Of a stretch of DNA of 55,616 nt, positions 39,753 through 49,797 are shown piece by piece. Each line of letters begins with the position of its first letter. The stretch's first letter is position 1. The translations under genes were made by a program, and so were the position numbers. The stretch is from a virus. Lineage: Duplodnaviria; Caudoviricetes. The DNA lies in IMG/VR virus record IMGVR_UViG_3300002098_000043, positions 1-55,616 of that record; one strand, 5' to 3'. Under the pieces are notes generated by a model, which saw nothing but the letters and a program-made list of their open reading frames with translations, did not search any database and was not told where the DNA came from.

Positions 39753-41957
39753 TTATTCTTGCAAAAATTTGTTCTCAGCCTGATGCTGGTCATTAATCAG
39801 TTTATTCTTTGATTTATTATCGTCAATAGCTATTTGTCCCTGAGTTTTAGCTCCTATTGTATCAATATTTACTTTTTCAGCTCTCATTGCGGCTTCATCC
39901 GCCATTTGTTTTTGCATTTGTAATTGTTGTTGCTGAAGCGCTTGTTGGTTTTGTGCTTCCTCGGCTCTTTGTTGTGCTGCAACCGTTTGAACTCTTACAT
40001 AAGCATCTTCAAAAATCTGTTTAGCCTCTACAAAAGTTTCTGACATTTCAAATTTCAATACATCGAGCGGTTCAACCATCTTAGAATTCATTCCAAACTC
40101 CATTAGCTGGCGCATACGCTGTTTAATTTCGTTATACCTACCTCCGCTCTGCAAATACACTCCGTAGTCTCTAAAACCTATTTCTGTGGTCATTTGCATA
40201 TACTTAAACTTCTCGCTACCTAATATCTGTTCGCCCTTGTCGTGTTTATAAAAAGCATAACTAACTTTTGTTGCTTCAACAATTCTTAATAATACCTTTT
40301 CAGTAAACAATTCCATTGCGTAATAAATCGGCGCTGTTTGTGTCCGCGAATTTTCAATAGCTTGTTGTGAATTAGTTACGGTGGCTGATGCTGCAATATA
40401 CCCTTCTCTTGTTTCGTTAATACCAGTTAGTCTATCCATTGTCTGGAGTATCTGGTCTTTTAATACAAGTAATTGTTGGACTGATTGGCTTAATCCAAGA
40501 TCGAACTCTTTAAATAATTCCATCCCAGATAAATTACGACCAGAAAAATTTCCTGATGCTGAACTATCAACATCAATAAAACTATCATTAGTCATATCGT
40601 AAGCAATCTGTTTTAAATCGCGTTTTTTTGGTAAAGCCGCCCTATCATACATCATTACCTTGCCTTTCATCTTGGCAAGTTCTTTCAATATCTGATACAT
40701 AATAATATCAAATATGTTATCGAAATTCTCAATAACTTTTTGAACCGATATACTTAATCCATCTACTCTGCCAACATTAATTCCGATATAAGAACTATCT
40801 AAAATATAAGACGGTGTATTGTGTCGGCGCATTTGAAAAGGTTTGCGGCGCATATTTTTATAAAACACCCCGCCAATTAACCAACCTTCCCATAAATCTT
40901 CCTCCCATCTGATTTCAATTTCATATTTACCACTTTCTACGTCTTTATCAAATGAAGCTTTATTTTCTTCATACTGTTTAGGAGAAACTTCAAACGTTAC
41001 ATTAGGATCAACAGAGTCCCACTCTAATTTACCTTTGCTCTTTGGTGCAACTTTATAATAACGCGGTTTCATTGCTTTCCATTCACAATGAATTACATCT
41101 AATAACAATTGCTTACCAACAAAAGAACCCATCCAGTTATTAACGCGCCACATACCAACCCAATTACTTTGCATTTCCTGTAAAGTATTTTTCTCGGCTT
41201 CAGTGAAATCAAACCGCTTTAAAACTTCGTGTAAAGGCATCCGCTGACGCACTCCCTTAATTGTACTCTTTTCTAAGAAAAAGTCATTTTCAATTTCCTG
41301 ATAAATAGAATCCCGCGGGTCAATCTTTAAATAATCAACATCTCCGTCTTCGTTAATTTCAATTTTACCAAAACATGAACTTGTAATACAAACATCTAAG
41401 AATTGCTCCCCAAATTTATGTATCATGTTTAAATTCTTAACTTGTTCATTAAGAATTAGTTGCATTATATCTTCACACTTATCTTTTGGTGAATATTTAT
41501 CCCATATTGGGTCTTCTTCTGAGGATGGGATTTGCGCCCCTTCCATTATATCAACTCCTGCCTTATCCTTTAAATCTTCTAAAGCCCCCTTAGCCATCAT
41601 TGCACCCGTCATAAAATCCATCTGACGCATTTTTTCACTCATTGCCTCTATATTGATTGTTTCAACAGTCGCGGCTAATGGGCGTTTGATCCATTCGCCA
41701 TGCAATAAGTTTAACTTGGTCCGCCCCGCTCTATACGCTATGTATTTAGCTTTATTAGAGCGTCCGTAAGTTTTTTGCCAAAGGTCGTTGTGCTTTTGAT
41801 TCTTTACGCCATTATATGACTGATATAAAGCAGTCATTTCTTGTTTTCTCCAATCGTAAGTTTGTAATAAATATCTGCCGTATTGTAAGAATTTCTTTGC
41901 CCACTCTGGGGTTTTTTCTTTTTCTGAAATCGCTATAGGAGGTAATGAAAAGGACAT
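39753..41957 (-). CDS. Portal protein
   Basis: 734 aa after TerL; EK..EW N-terminus, L.GE..KRP, G+...R.G.....TV motifs, Q-rich barrel C-terminus. Confidence 0.85.
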   Translation of the reverse strand: MSFSLPPIAISEKEKTPEWAKKFLQYGRYLLQTYDWRKQEMTALYQSYNGVKNQKHNDLWQKTYGRSNKAKYIAYRAGRTKLNLLHGEWIKRPLAATVETINIEAMSEKMRQMDFMTGAMMAKGALEDLKDKAGVDIMEGAQIPSSEEDPIWDKYSPKDKCEDIMQLILNEQVKNLNMIHKFGEQFLDVCITSSCFGKIEINEDGDVDYLKIDPRDSIYQEIENDFFLEKSTIKGVRQRMPLHEVLKRFDFTEAEKNTLQEMQSNWVGMWRVNNWMGSFVGKQLLLDVIHCEWKAMKPRYYKVAPKSKGKLEWDSVDPNVTFEVSPKQYEENKASFDKDVESGKYEIEIRWEEDLWEGWLIGGVFYKNMRRKPFQMRRHNTPSYILDSSYIGINVGRVDGLSISVQKVIENFDNIFDIIMYQILKELAKMKGKVMMYDRAALPKKRDLKQIAYDMTNDSFIDVDSSASGNFSGRNLSGMELFKEFDLGLSQSVQQLLVLKDQILQTMDRLTGINETREGYIAASATVTNSQQAIENSRTQTAPIYYAMELFTEKVLLRIVEATKVSYAFYKHDKGEQILGSEKFKYMQMTTEIGFRDYGVYLQSGGRYNEIKQRMRQLMEFGMNSKMVEPLDVLKFEMSETFVEAKQIFEDAYVRVQTVAAQQRAEEAQNQQALQQQQLQMQKQMADEAAMRAEKVNIDTIGAKTQGQIAIDDNKSKNKLINDQHQAENKFLQE

Positions 41958-41999
41958 ATTATTTACTGATTTGTTGTAAATATAATAACTTTCAATTAA

Positions 42000-44039
42000 T
42001 TACAAGCCCCATTCTTCGTAATCTTGTTCATCGGTTTTCAACGAGCGTCTTTCTGTACCGTGATGATATTCCCCGTTTGCGTCAAATGTTCCTGCGTGTA
42101 AATTGAATAGTTCGTCTGGATTAACTTCATCTTCATTAGTAGGACGTAATTCTTGGCTTACATCTTGACATAAAGCAATTCCATACGCATCAGCCAAGTC
42201 ATTATCAGAACCAATTTCTTGTTCATCAAAATTCCCCAACTGATTAATTAAATCCGCCTGAATTTTTGAACCATTCGATAATTCTTCAACGTGATTAAAC
42301 CATATATCTTTTGAATTATAATAAACCGCAGCTTCCATTAACCCTATCATTAATGGTCTGCTATAAGTATTAAGGTGCAGCCAATATGTATGCGTTTGGT
42401 CTGACTTTTCAGATTCAAATTTTTTCGGACGATAAGCTAAATACATTTGTCCGCCTCTATCCTCAAAATATTTTATGATTTGTGACTTTGCAACATCCCC
42501 CAATACATTTCCTCTTAAATTATAATATACAGACAATTTAAGGCACATTTCGTAGAATATCTCTTTACGTTTAGGACGCGTACATATAACAGCAACAGGC
42601 GCTTTTTTTAATGCGCCTTCAATATTGTTCTCACGAATTAAAACACACATTGCTCCTAATGATTTAGAAGTTTTAGCAATGTCCTGATCGTAGCTGTCAA
42701 TTCCTGCCGAATATAAATTAGAATGATTTTTTCGCGGATGCTCTGTATCTAAAATATAAAAACATAATTCCGCATCGTCTTCAGGTTTAGCTGCCGTTGC
42801 TACAACTTGCAAAGGCGTTTTAATCATGTTGGTTTTTTCGTCCTTAACCCAATCTAATTTCCATCGGGAATATTTTTTTGGATTAGTTGCAATTCTATAT
42901 TCAGCTTCGTTTAATTTCTCAGTATCAAAATTATTTACAGTGGTCTTTCTAAAAATATCTTTTTCTTCTAAGGGATAATTTTGTAAACTGTCCAAATATC
43001 CTTTCTTGTCTCCTGTTTTTAATAAAATTTCTCTTTCTTTTTTAATTGCATCAATAGCGGCTTGTGTATCTTCTTTTCCCAACATTTCAAAATCTTTTCG
43101 TCCTAATTTATCCAAATTAGGGGTTATAGATTTTGCTGTTCCGCATCCCATATAATACGGTTTGTGAAATCTTCCTGCTAATATTAAAAACTTAATTGCG
43201 TTAAAAGAATCTGGCTCATACCACATCTCTTTAAAGTCTTTGGAGCCTTTATTTATATTTCCCCCAGTTCCATACCCAAAGAAAGTTCCTATTTGCTTAC
43301 TACCATCCATTAAACAAGCTAAAGACGCTCCGTAAAACTCTTTTGCTTTTTCAAATTCCCCTAACTCTTCTGCTATTATATCATTAAAAAAATTTCCTTT
43401 AAATAAGTTGGGATTCTTATACATTGTCCTTACAACAAATCTATTCTTTGTTCCCTCCTCGTTTTCGCCGTCTTTATTTTTTATAGAATATCCCGCAATT
43501 ACTTCATCATCGTTATTAGTAAGTTTTTTAATTCTAAATTCTGGTATCATTAGCGAATCTGTTGACCGCCATTTTTTCATTAAATCTTGTGCGTATATTT
43601 CTTGCCCAGCCGCAATTCCGCATTGATACCCTTCGCCAAATCTAAATCCATAATCCATTACCATGCTCTGAGTTGCTTCAGAAATACCCGCCCGTCTTTT
43701 TTTTGCGCATAAAATATTTTTACCAACCTCCTTTGCGTGTTCTATCAATAAGGCAAGTTCTAAATGCACATCAACAAAGTCTGGATTTATTACGCCGTTA
43801 ATAGTTGCCATCTTAACGTAATTCTGATAAAAATAAAATCTGCCAGGCAAATCAATTCCGCCAGTACGGTATCCGTTTTTTATTCTGTATAATTCATTTG
43901 TCCAAAATTCATCATGCGCAGGAGTACCAAGAACTTTTGGATTTAATTTTGAATCTGCGTATTTAGGAATTCCGAATTTTATTATTGGGTTTGGCACAAA
44001 TCCCTTTCCCTTGAACGGTATGTCTCTAAGAAAAATCAT
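42000..44039 (-). CDS. terL: Terminase large subunit
   Basis: KKRRAGIS Walker A variant, AEELG Walker B, GTGG, AGIDSYD and DLADA nuclease motifs. Confidence 0.92.
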   Translation of the reverse strand: MIFLRDIPFKGKGFVPNPIIKFGIPKYADSKLNPKVLGTPAHDEFWTNELYRIKNGYRTGGIDLPGRFYFYQNYVKMATINGVINPDFVDVHLELALLIEHAKEVGKNILCAKKRRAGISEATQSMVMDYGFRFGEGYQCGIAAGQEIYAQDLMKKWRSTDSLMIPEFRIKKLTNNDDEVIAGYSIKNKDGENEEGTKNRFVVRTMYKNPNLFKGNFFNDIIAEELGEFEKAKEFYGASLACLMDGSKQIGTFFGYGTGGNINKGSKDFKEMWYEPDSFNAIKFLILAGRFHKPYYMGCGTAKSITPNLDKLGRKDFEMLGKEDTQAAIDAIKKEREILLKTGDKKGYLDSLQNYPLEEKDIFRKTTVNNFDTEKLNEAEYRIATNPKKYSRWKLDWVKDEKTNMIKTPLQVVATAAKPEDDAELCFYILDTEHPRKNHSNLYSAGIDSYDQDIAKTSKSLGAMCVLIRENNIEGALKKAPVAVICTRPKRKEIFYEMCLKLSVYYNLRGNVLGDVAKSQIIKYFEDRGGQMYLAYRPKKFESEKSDQTHTYWLHLNTYSRPLMIGLMEAAVYYNSKDIWFNHVEELSNGSKIQADLINQLGNFDEQEIGSDNDLADAYGIALCQDVSQELRPTNEDEVNPDELFNLHAGTFDANGEYHHGTERRSLKTDEQDYEEWGL

Positions 44040-44566
44040 TTTTTTGCGGTCTTAGCTAAATATAATTGTCTATTTTTTACCAACACCTCAAGCCAACTTA
44101 AATCAGCTCCCCCGACAAGTTGCCCTTCCTGAAGATAAGAATCTAAAATATCATTTTCTAAATCCGATATGCTTTTACGAAGTTCCTTTATTATATTCAA
44201 ACACGACTTAATTTTACTTTCAGCCGTTTCAACTTCAATAAGCTCCTGCATCGCCGAAATTTTATTCTCATACGTTTTTATTAGCTCTAATTTAGGATTA
44301 TACTGCAATGATAAATACGCATTAACGGCATTTATCCAAATAGAAGACGAAAATAGTTTAGGATTATTGTCGCCCCAAACTTGCATCGAGGCTCTGTAAA
44401 TTCGTTCTTTTTCTGGTAATTGTCTAAACGGAGAATGATTATCGTAAGTCAGAACAAGGCATAAAACCTGTTCTTGATCTAAAACGCTTAACTCTGGACA
44501 AAGCTTAACGCAATCAGGATGGATGATACAGGAATTTGTTGTATCAATGTAAAATAAATAGCTCAT
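44036..44566 (-). CDS. Terminase-adjacent protein (possible small subunit)
   Basis: Overlaps terL start; helical; D..SPF motif. Confidence 0.45.
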   Translation of the reverse strand: MSYLFYIDTTNSCIIHPDCVKLCPELSVLDQEQVLCLVLTYDNHSPFRQLPEKERIYRASMQVWGDNNPKLFSSSIWINAVNAYLSLQYNPKLELIKTYENKISAMQELIEVETAESKIKSCLNIIKELRKSISDLENDILDSYLQEGQLVGGADLSWLEVLVKNRQLYLAKTAKK

Positions 44567-44599
44567 ATATTTGTATTTCAGCCTCTCGCTGTGTTACAA

Positions 44600-44653
44600 C
44601 AAATATAGGAAAATAATAGAAACGAAAAAGGGGCTTCATCCGCCCCCCCCCTT
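44600..44653 (-). promoter_or_regulatory. Terminator of early operon plus TATATTTG promoter of packaging operon
   Basis: aaaaaggggc...gccccccccctt hairpin 44625-44653; caaatata 44600-44607. Confidence 0.6.
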
Positions 44654-44658
44654 AATCT

Positions 44659-44823
44659 TTACTTGCCATTTTTAATATAATCCTCTATTAATTTGGCTTC
44701 TTTTATAATGTATTTAACATCACAAGAATAACCTAATGCTTGTTGTGCTTTTTCAAAACAAGACTGACGCAACATTGCATCTTTTTCTTTTTCCATTTTT
44801 TGACTTGGTGTTTCTGTTTTCAT
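44659..44823 (-). CDS. Small hypothetical protein (54 aa, MKTETPSQK...)
   Basis: A-rich initiation context; fills gap before terminator. Confidence 0.55.
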   Translation of the reverse strand: MKTETPSQKMEKEKDAMLRQSCFEKAQQALGYSCDVKYIIKEAKLIEDYIKNGK

Positions 44824-44851
44824 TTTTGTTTTTTTTGGTTAATAATTATTT

Positions 44852-45598
44852 TTAAAACGCTTCATCCGCGAAATTTTTTGCAGTCATTAACTCTTGTATT
44901 TTCGGCTTTAAATGCGATAATAATAGCTTTATATCATTTTTGAGGTACGGGCAATACACCTTATGATGTTCTTTTGAAATAGGGTTTATAATGTGTATAA
45001 ATAACTCATTACACTTCTTTCCTGTCAGTTTTTCAAAGTGATAAGCATAAAGCGACAACTGGAATGAAATTTTTACAAACTTAGTTGCTGGTAAATGATT
45101 AAATGGTTCTAAAAGCCATCCTCGCCTTATATATAAATCATCTTTTTCAAACACTTTAAAATCACTAAGTCCAAACGCCGAATCTTTACGATGTGTAAAT
45201 AAAAATAATCTATCTAATGTCCCCGCTGTTTTGCTGTCCTCATCAAAAACAATCATCTGCGAAATGTTTTTAGCGTATTTCTTATACTCATCCGAAACAC
45301 TCAATATGATATCCTTTATATCTGCATTCTCATCACTAACAAGTCCCGTTTCATTAAACAACGTAATAGCATCGTCAATTCTTGTTCCGTTATCGCGTTT
45401 ATCCTCCCATTCGTTTAGAACATCTAAAGTTTCACATCCGCGGGATTTTGCTGTCTGCTTTGCTATAAATTCTTTATCAAATGGTTTACTTATTAATTCA
45501 AACAATTTAGTAAACCCCATATACTCATTACCAGACTTATCAAAATAACGATGCTCATCAGTAATGCTTACTTTTTCTTCGAATATCCCGTGTGGCAT
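44852..45598 (-). CDS. PD-(D/E)XK exonuclease (Cas4/RecB-like)
   Basis: GT.ID, AGTLD, SDFK and QLSLY motifs. Confidence 0.8.
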   Translation of the reverse strand: MPHGIFEEKVSITDEHRYFDKSGNEYMGFTKLFELISKPFDKEFIAKQTAKSRGCETLDVLNEWEDKRDNGTRIDDAITLFNETGLVSDENADIKDIILSVSDEYKKYAKNISQMIVFDEDSKTAGTLDRLFLFTHRKDSAFGLSDFKVFEKDDLYIRRGWLLEPFNHLPATKFVKISFQLSLYAYHFEKLTGKKCNELFIHIINPISKEHHKVYCPYLKNDIKLLLSHLKPKIQELMTAKNFADEAF

Positions 45599-45603
45599 AG
45601 GCT

Positions 45604-46026
45604 TTAAGAAATTATTTTTTTATCAATTAAAATTTCTCTAACAGAATTCCAACAAACATACGGACGAGAGTGATTGCCGTAAACAAGTGGCGTTCCTAAA
45701 GCCGCGTCATCAATATAAAGCTGTCCGTAAGCCTTTGGGCTTTTTGTCCATTCGGTTTGTTGTGGATTAATATTTACTCCATACAGCGGAATGTCATTTT
45801 CTTTAAACCAATTTACAGCGTCCGTCAAAAAATTACCATTGTGTATTTCGGGAATTTCAACTGAATAACCTACATTATCGTGTTTATCAGAACGCATTGT
45901 GAACAGAATTAAATTATGCCCGTTATCAACCAATTCTTTTAAAACTGGCACTCCCCCAATATCTTTACCTACTTTTGGAAATTCGTGTGTTACACAGGTT
46001 CCGTCAAAATCAATACAAATTTCCAT
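45604..46026 (-). CDS. HAD-superfamily phosphatase (BT0820-like)
   Basis: CIDFDGT, LILFT.R, K.Y...YIDD. Confidence 0.85.
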   Translation of the reverse strand: MEICIDFDGTCVTHEFPKVGKDIGGVPVLKELVDNGHNLILFTMRSDKHDNVGYSVEIPEIHNGNFLTDAVNWFKENDIPLYGVNINPQQTEWTKSPKAYGQLYIDDAALGTPLVYGNHSRPYVCWNSVREILIDKKIIS

Positions 46027-46029
46027 AAA

Positions 46030-46761
46030 TTATTTTTTAAGCATTATTACTTCCTTTTCAGGCTCGATTGTAAAGGTTTCTTCTTTAAATTCATCCGCGC
46101 CATTTTCGCTAATTTCTTCATCGTTTTGAGCTATATCAGACACATTAATAACAACGCTTCCCATCGCCTCTAAAATCTTGGTTAATTCGGATTTCTGGTC
46201 TTCCTGAGACATTTGTTTAATGCGCTCTATCTGGTCTTCATCCACATCTTTTTTACGTTCATACCAGCGGATTAAAGCTTCCTCATCGGACACCATACAA
46301 TTTCCAGAAAGATACACCATAACTTCCGCTACAAGTTCTTTAATGATTAACTGCACTGCATCAAAGTCGTCGTATCCGTCCTCCGACTCGATTTTAGGAG
46401 TCTTTAGCTTAACTTCCTTATTCCCGCTTAAAATCGTACTTGATCCTTCCAAAATAAAACCACTTCCTTCCTGTCCTTCGCTTGTGGTATCAATTACAAT
46501 CTGTAAAACACTCATTTCTGTTTCGGATATCAAAAAATCTTTCATTGCTTTATCCTCATCCCCGCGTAAAACTTTACAAAGGCTAAGCATAAAGGGTCTT
46601 AGTTCCTTAAACTTCTTTTCTAATGCTAAGTGAATTGGATTTTTCTTCTTTTCTGTTACTTCTACATTAAAGAGTCTTCCTTTTTTTTCTTCTTGCTTTA
46701 AATACGTGATTTGACATCCGCCAAATCCATTCGCGACTAATTTTACTTTTTTCAGTTTCAT
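46030..46761 (-). CDS. Hypothetical protein with acidic tail
   Basis: Long ORF in operon. Confidence 0.7.
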   Translation of the reverse strand: MKLKKVKLVANGFGGCQITYLKQEEKKGRLFNVEVTEKKKNPIHLALEKKFKELRPFMLSLCKVLRGDEDKAMKDFLISETEMSVLQIVIDTTSEGQEGSGFILEGSSTILSGNKEVKLKTPKIESEDGYDDFDAVQLIIKELVAEVMVYLSGNCMVSDEEALIRWYERKKDVDEDQIERIKQMSQEDQKSELTKILEAMGSVVINVSDIAQNDEEISENGADEFKEETFTIEPEKEVIMLKK

Positions 46762-47039
46762 TAGAATAATTTATTGAGTTTATAAAAGTTCTTATCATGT
46801 AAATCATTCGCCTGTCTTAGTTTTTCAATAACGACATAAAACCTACCAATCAAATCTTCATTTTGCTTTATATCAACGCTTTTGTCGTCTTTTTCTGGAC
46901 CATTCCATTTTATATTATGTAAAACGTTATTTATTTCTAATCCAACAGACATTGATCGGTTTACCTCAGCCTCTAAGTTAATTAAGTGCATTACAAATTC
47001 AGAAGGGTCTTTTTCTACTAATTGTTTTTCTGTTTCCAT
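46761..47039 (-). CDS. Hypothetical protein
   Basis: Coupled to downstream gene. Confidence 0.65.
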   Translation of the reverse strand: METEKQLVEKDPSEFVMHLINLEAEVNRSMSVGLEINNVLHNIKWNGPEKDDKSVDIKQNEDLIGRFYVVIEKLRQANDLHDKNFYKLNKLF

Positions 47040-47391
47040 TTTTATATTTTATTTATTGGTTTTAAATTGAAATCCTTTAATTGTAACTCCTACCTGAAGC
47101 CAGTATTGGCTGCCGATTGGAGTTAAACTCTGTCTTGCCTGTTCCGCGCAAAAGTTCACAGCGCCCGAAATATATCCGCAACATTGCATAACTTCTAATG
47201 CCTTTGTATTATATCCTGTGAAATTCATGGTTTTATTATCTGTTTTTTATTTTTAACTCTAAGTTGTTTTAATTCTATCAATTCTTCGCTAGTCAAATCC
47301 TGAAAATAACTTTTATGTATAAGTTTAATCAATCTCATTTCTTCTTTTAAACTTAATTCACTCATTATCAATATCTTATTCTCGGATGGAG

Positions 47392-47571
47392 TTACTTAAA
47401 TCTCCCCTCTAATTCTATTACTTCTGTCCATACATTTGTCCAGAATTTTTTACCCCAATCAGTATAAGCTATATCTGACATCCTTATACAATAATTCTTT
47501 ACAAATGAATAATCATATCCATTATCACTTAATTCTATTAAAGCTATTCTTTTAGGGGTTATTAAACTCAT
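47392..47571 (-). CDS. Small hypothetical protein (59 aa, MSLITPKRIAL...)
   Basis: ATGA overlap with 47568..47978. Confidence 0.55.
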   Translation of the reverse strand: MSLITPKRIALIELSDNGYDYSFVKNYCIRMSDIAYTDWGKKFWTNVWTEVIELEGRFK

Positions 47572-47978
47572 TTCATTTGTTTTAATCCTTCGTTAGCTAA
47601 TGTTTTAAAACTAAATATATTTAATTCAGCATCAGTAGAAGCGTCCTTTAATTTACCTATACAATCATCCGCCAATAAAATATTTCTTATTAAATCTTGA
47701 TAAAAAATTTTCCATTTATTATTAAGATATGATCCAAACATTGTCATATCCATTCCTGAATAATTCCAAGTCCTAACAACGATCGGCGTTTTTTTATCGC
47801 CTTCTATAAAATAAACCCCTATTTTTCCCACAATCTCTGGCTCATATTCCAACACGAATCCATCCGAAGGATTTAATCTCGTGCCGTCCTGTTTAAATTT
47901 ATGTGGAAACATAAATGGGTCAAAACAAACTGCATTTATTGTATATAAAAAATCATTCACTCTTTCTCTTGTAGTCAT
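47568..47978 (-). CDS. Hypothetical protein
   Basis: ATGA-coupled ORF. Confidence 0.7.
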   Translation of the reverse strand: MTTRERVNDFLYTINAVCFDPFMFPHKFKQDGTRLNPSDGFVLEYEPEIVGKIGVYFIEGDKKTPIVVRTWNYSGMDMTMFGSYLNNKWKIFYQDLIRNILLADDCIGKLKDASTDAELNIFSFKTLANEGLKQMK

Positions 47979-48283
47979 AAGCGGCTTACTTTAAATTTTT
48001 TTTGACTTTCGTAATTTTTAATCGGTCCGTCAAACATAGGGTTATGAACCACTGTCACTGTCCAATTATTACTTGAAGTGTCTTGCCAACTGATTAAAAC
48101 AGCACCTTTAGAGCCATCTTCTGAAGCGGGGTCTATGCCAGCATAATACTTTTTATCGTTTAAAACAGGGGTAGAATCAGTTATATGGGTAATATTTGAG
48201 GTATCGTCCGAAAAAATTTTCCCGCCGATGAAAAAACCACCCACCACCAAACCAATCTTCTTAATAAAACTCCTTCTTTCCAT
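47975..48283 (-). CDS. Small protein with twin-arginine-like N-terminus and TerL-/MCP-like peptide segments
   Basis: MERRSFIKK + hydrophobic stretch; YYAGIDP; VTVVHNPMFD. Confidence 0.6.
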   Translation of the reverse strand: MERRSFIKKIGLVVGGFFIGGKIFSDDTSNITHITDSTPVLNDKKYYAGIDPASEDGSKGAVLISWQDTSSNNWTVTVVHNPMFDGPIKNYESQKKFKVSRL

Positions 48284-48285
48284 AT

Positions 48286-48459
48286 CTATTTTTTAATCTT
48301 TTCATCTTCAGGAGTATTACTTGAATACGTCCAAACGCCATCTTTATATTCCACCCAAATAATTCCAACTTCATTTTTACTAAAATCAGTAGTAATATCC
48401 TTTTCGGTCATTTCCTTACCATTAATTAAAATACGCCCCTGTTTTTTATTAGATTCCAT
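48286..48459 (-). CDS. Small hypothetical protein (57 aa, MESNKKQGR...)
   Basis: TATATTTG at 48475-48482 upstream. Confidence 0.55.
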   Translation of the reverse strand: MESNKKQGRILINGKEMTEKDITTDFSKNEVGIIWVEYKDGVWTYSSNTPEDEKIKK

Positions 48460-48538
48460 TTATTATCAGATTTACAAATATAACAATTTTCCCGTCCGCC
48501 GACAAATTCAATACGTATTCTCACTTATTCATATCATA

Positions 48539-48697
48539 TTAACCTAAAAAAGTAACTCTAATTTGTTCAGAAACCCTTTCAATAAATTCTTCTATACCCT
48601 CATACTCATCATACTCCCCTAATTCCAAACAAACCTTAACCGTAGATTTATTAGAATCCTTTTCAATCTCAACTCTAAATTCCCTTAATATTTCCAT
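48539..48697 (-). CDS. Small acidic protein (52 aa, MEILREFRV...)
   Basis: First ORF after promoter at 48711-48741. Confidence 0.55.
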   Translation of the reverse strand: MEILREFRVEIEKDSNKSTVKVCLELGEYDEYEGIEEFIERVSEQIRVTFLG

Positions 48698-48710
48698 AAT
48701 CTCTTTTTCT

Positions 48711-48741
48711 ACTTATACGCAAATATACAAACAAAGGTTAC
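48711..48741 (-). promoter_or_regulatory. Dual promoter: GTAACC-N16-CGTATAA plus TATATTTG
   Basis: Head of leftward early operon. Confidence 0.6.
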
Positions 48742-49114
48742 AAAAAACAATAACTGTTTAAAAAATTTTATATAGATCGTGGGGAGGGATTATGTACCCA
48801 TTTTACGGACACATGCTTGCCCCGCCTTAGGGGGGAGGCAAAATAATAGGCTGAGTATTTTAAAAAGGAATCTCTTAATTTTTTGTTTTTATGTACTGTT
48901 TTGAACAATGCGTTAACAAATGAGTGTTAATAGTGAACCATCAAATTTGATAGATTTAATGCGAGGCTTTGAGAATAAACAAATTTGTTGGGCAGACTGG
49001 TGGTATGTTTGGGGCTAATCCCCGCCATCTATTGTGTTAATACCCTGTTTACTATATTATGGCTAAATGTAGTTACAAAATGCTTATATTTGCCATTATA
49101 TAATCACATAAAAC

Positions 49115-49309
49115 ATGGAAATTCATATTATTTACAAGAACAAAGAGCTTTTAAACGAGTGTTTTACCACAAAAAAGGGCTGCATGGACTATCTTAACAT
49201 CAAATACAACAATTCAAGCAGGGTAAAATCAGCCTTTATAATTGGTTCAGATCATTACGAACTAACCACGTTAACGCTAAACAAAAAGAACAGCGGGAGA
49301 TTTATTTAG
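49115..49309 (+). CDS. Hypothetical protein
   Basis: TATATTTG upstream (~49086) and aaaacATG context. Confidence 0.55.
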   Translation: MEIHIIYKNKELLNECFTTKKGCMDYLNIKYNNSSRVKSAFIIGSDHYELTTLTLNKKNSGRFI

Positions 49310-49797
49310 GCTTTATTTACCCTGTGCTGCATTATATTTTATCATTAGTGTTAGGGGTTCGTCCGCGCAAAAAGTGCGTCTAATGGCTTTATTTTGCGTT
49401 TAAATGCGTTTTGTGTATTATTTAATATTTAATATAATACCCCTATCCCTGTTTTTTGTGTGTTTTGTGATGTGTTCGCTGTGTTTCTTGTTAGTGGGTG
49501 TTTAGCTATTTGTTTAAAAGCTTGGGTGTTTGGTGTTACTGTTTGAGTATGTTTGTTATGGTGTATAGGAAATAGCTTGTTGTTGATTTATCCGCGATTT
49601 ATTTTTTTCAGATGGTATTTATATTGCTATTATACGCTTAACATGGCTTTATTGCGTTTGATCTCCTGTCTTATAATGTATGGTATTACTCTGTTTTTAG
49701 TATGCTGTATTCAATTATATTTATTCGTCCGCGCAATTTTATTTTAGCTCATTTACAGTATATTATAAAGATATTTAAAAATAAGTTATTATTTTCC

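Noticed and set aside
1770-44566. Stop-codon reassignment as in some crAss-like phages
   Set aside because: All long genes are intact under code 11; no fragmentation
44642-44651. Poly-C tract as phase-variation site
   Set aside because: Intergenic and forms one arm of a terminator hairpin
44852-45598. Cas4 as part of a CRISPR system
   Set aside because: No Fe-S cysteine set or cas neighbours; ordinary phage PD-(D/E)XK nuclease
4318-46633. Antisense or nested ORFs in the track (e.g. 4887, 7566, 12606, 27164, 40381, 45231, 46220)
   Set aside because: Shadow frames of long genes with F/S/L-rich composition
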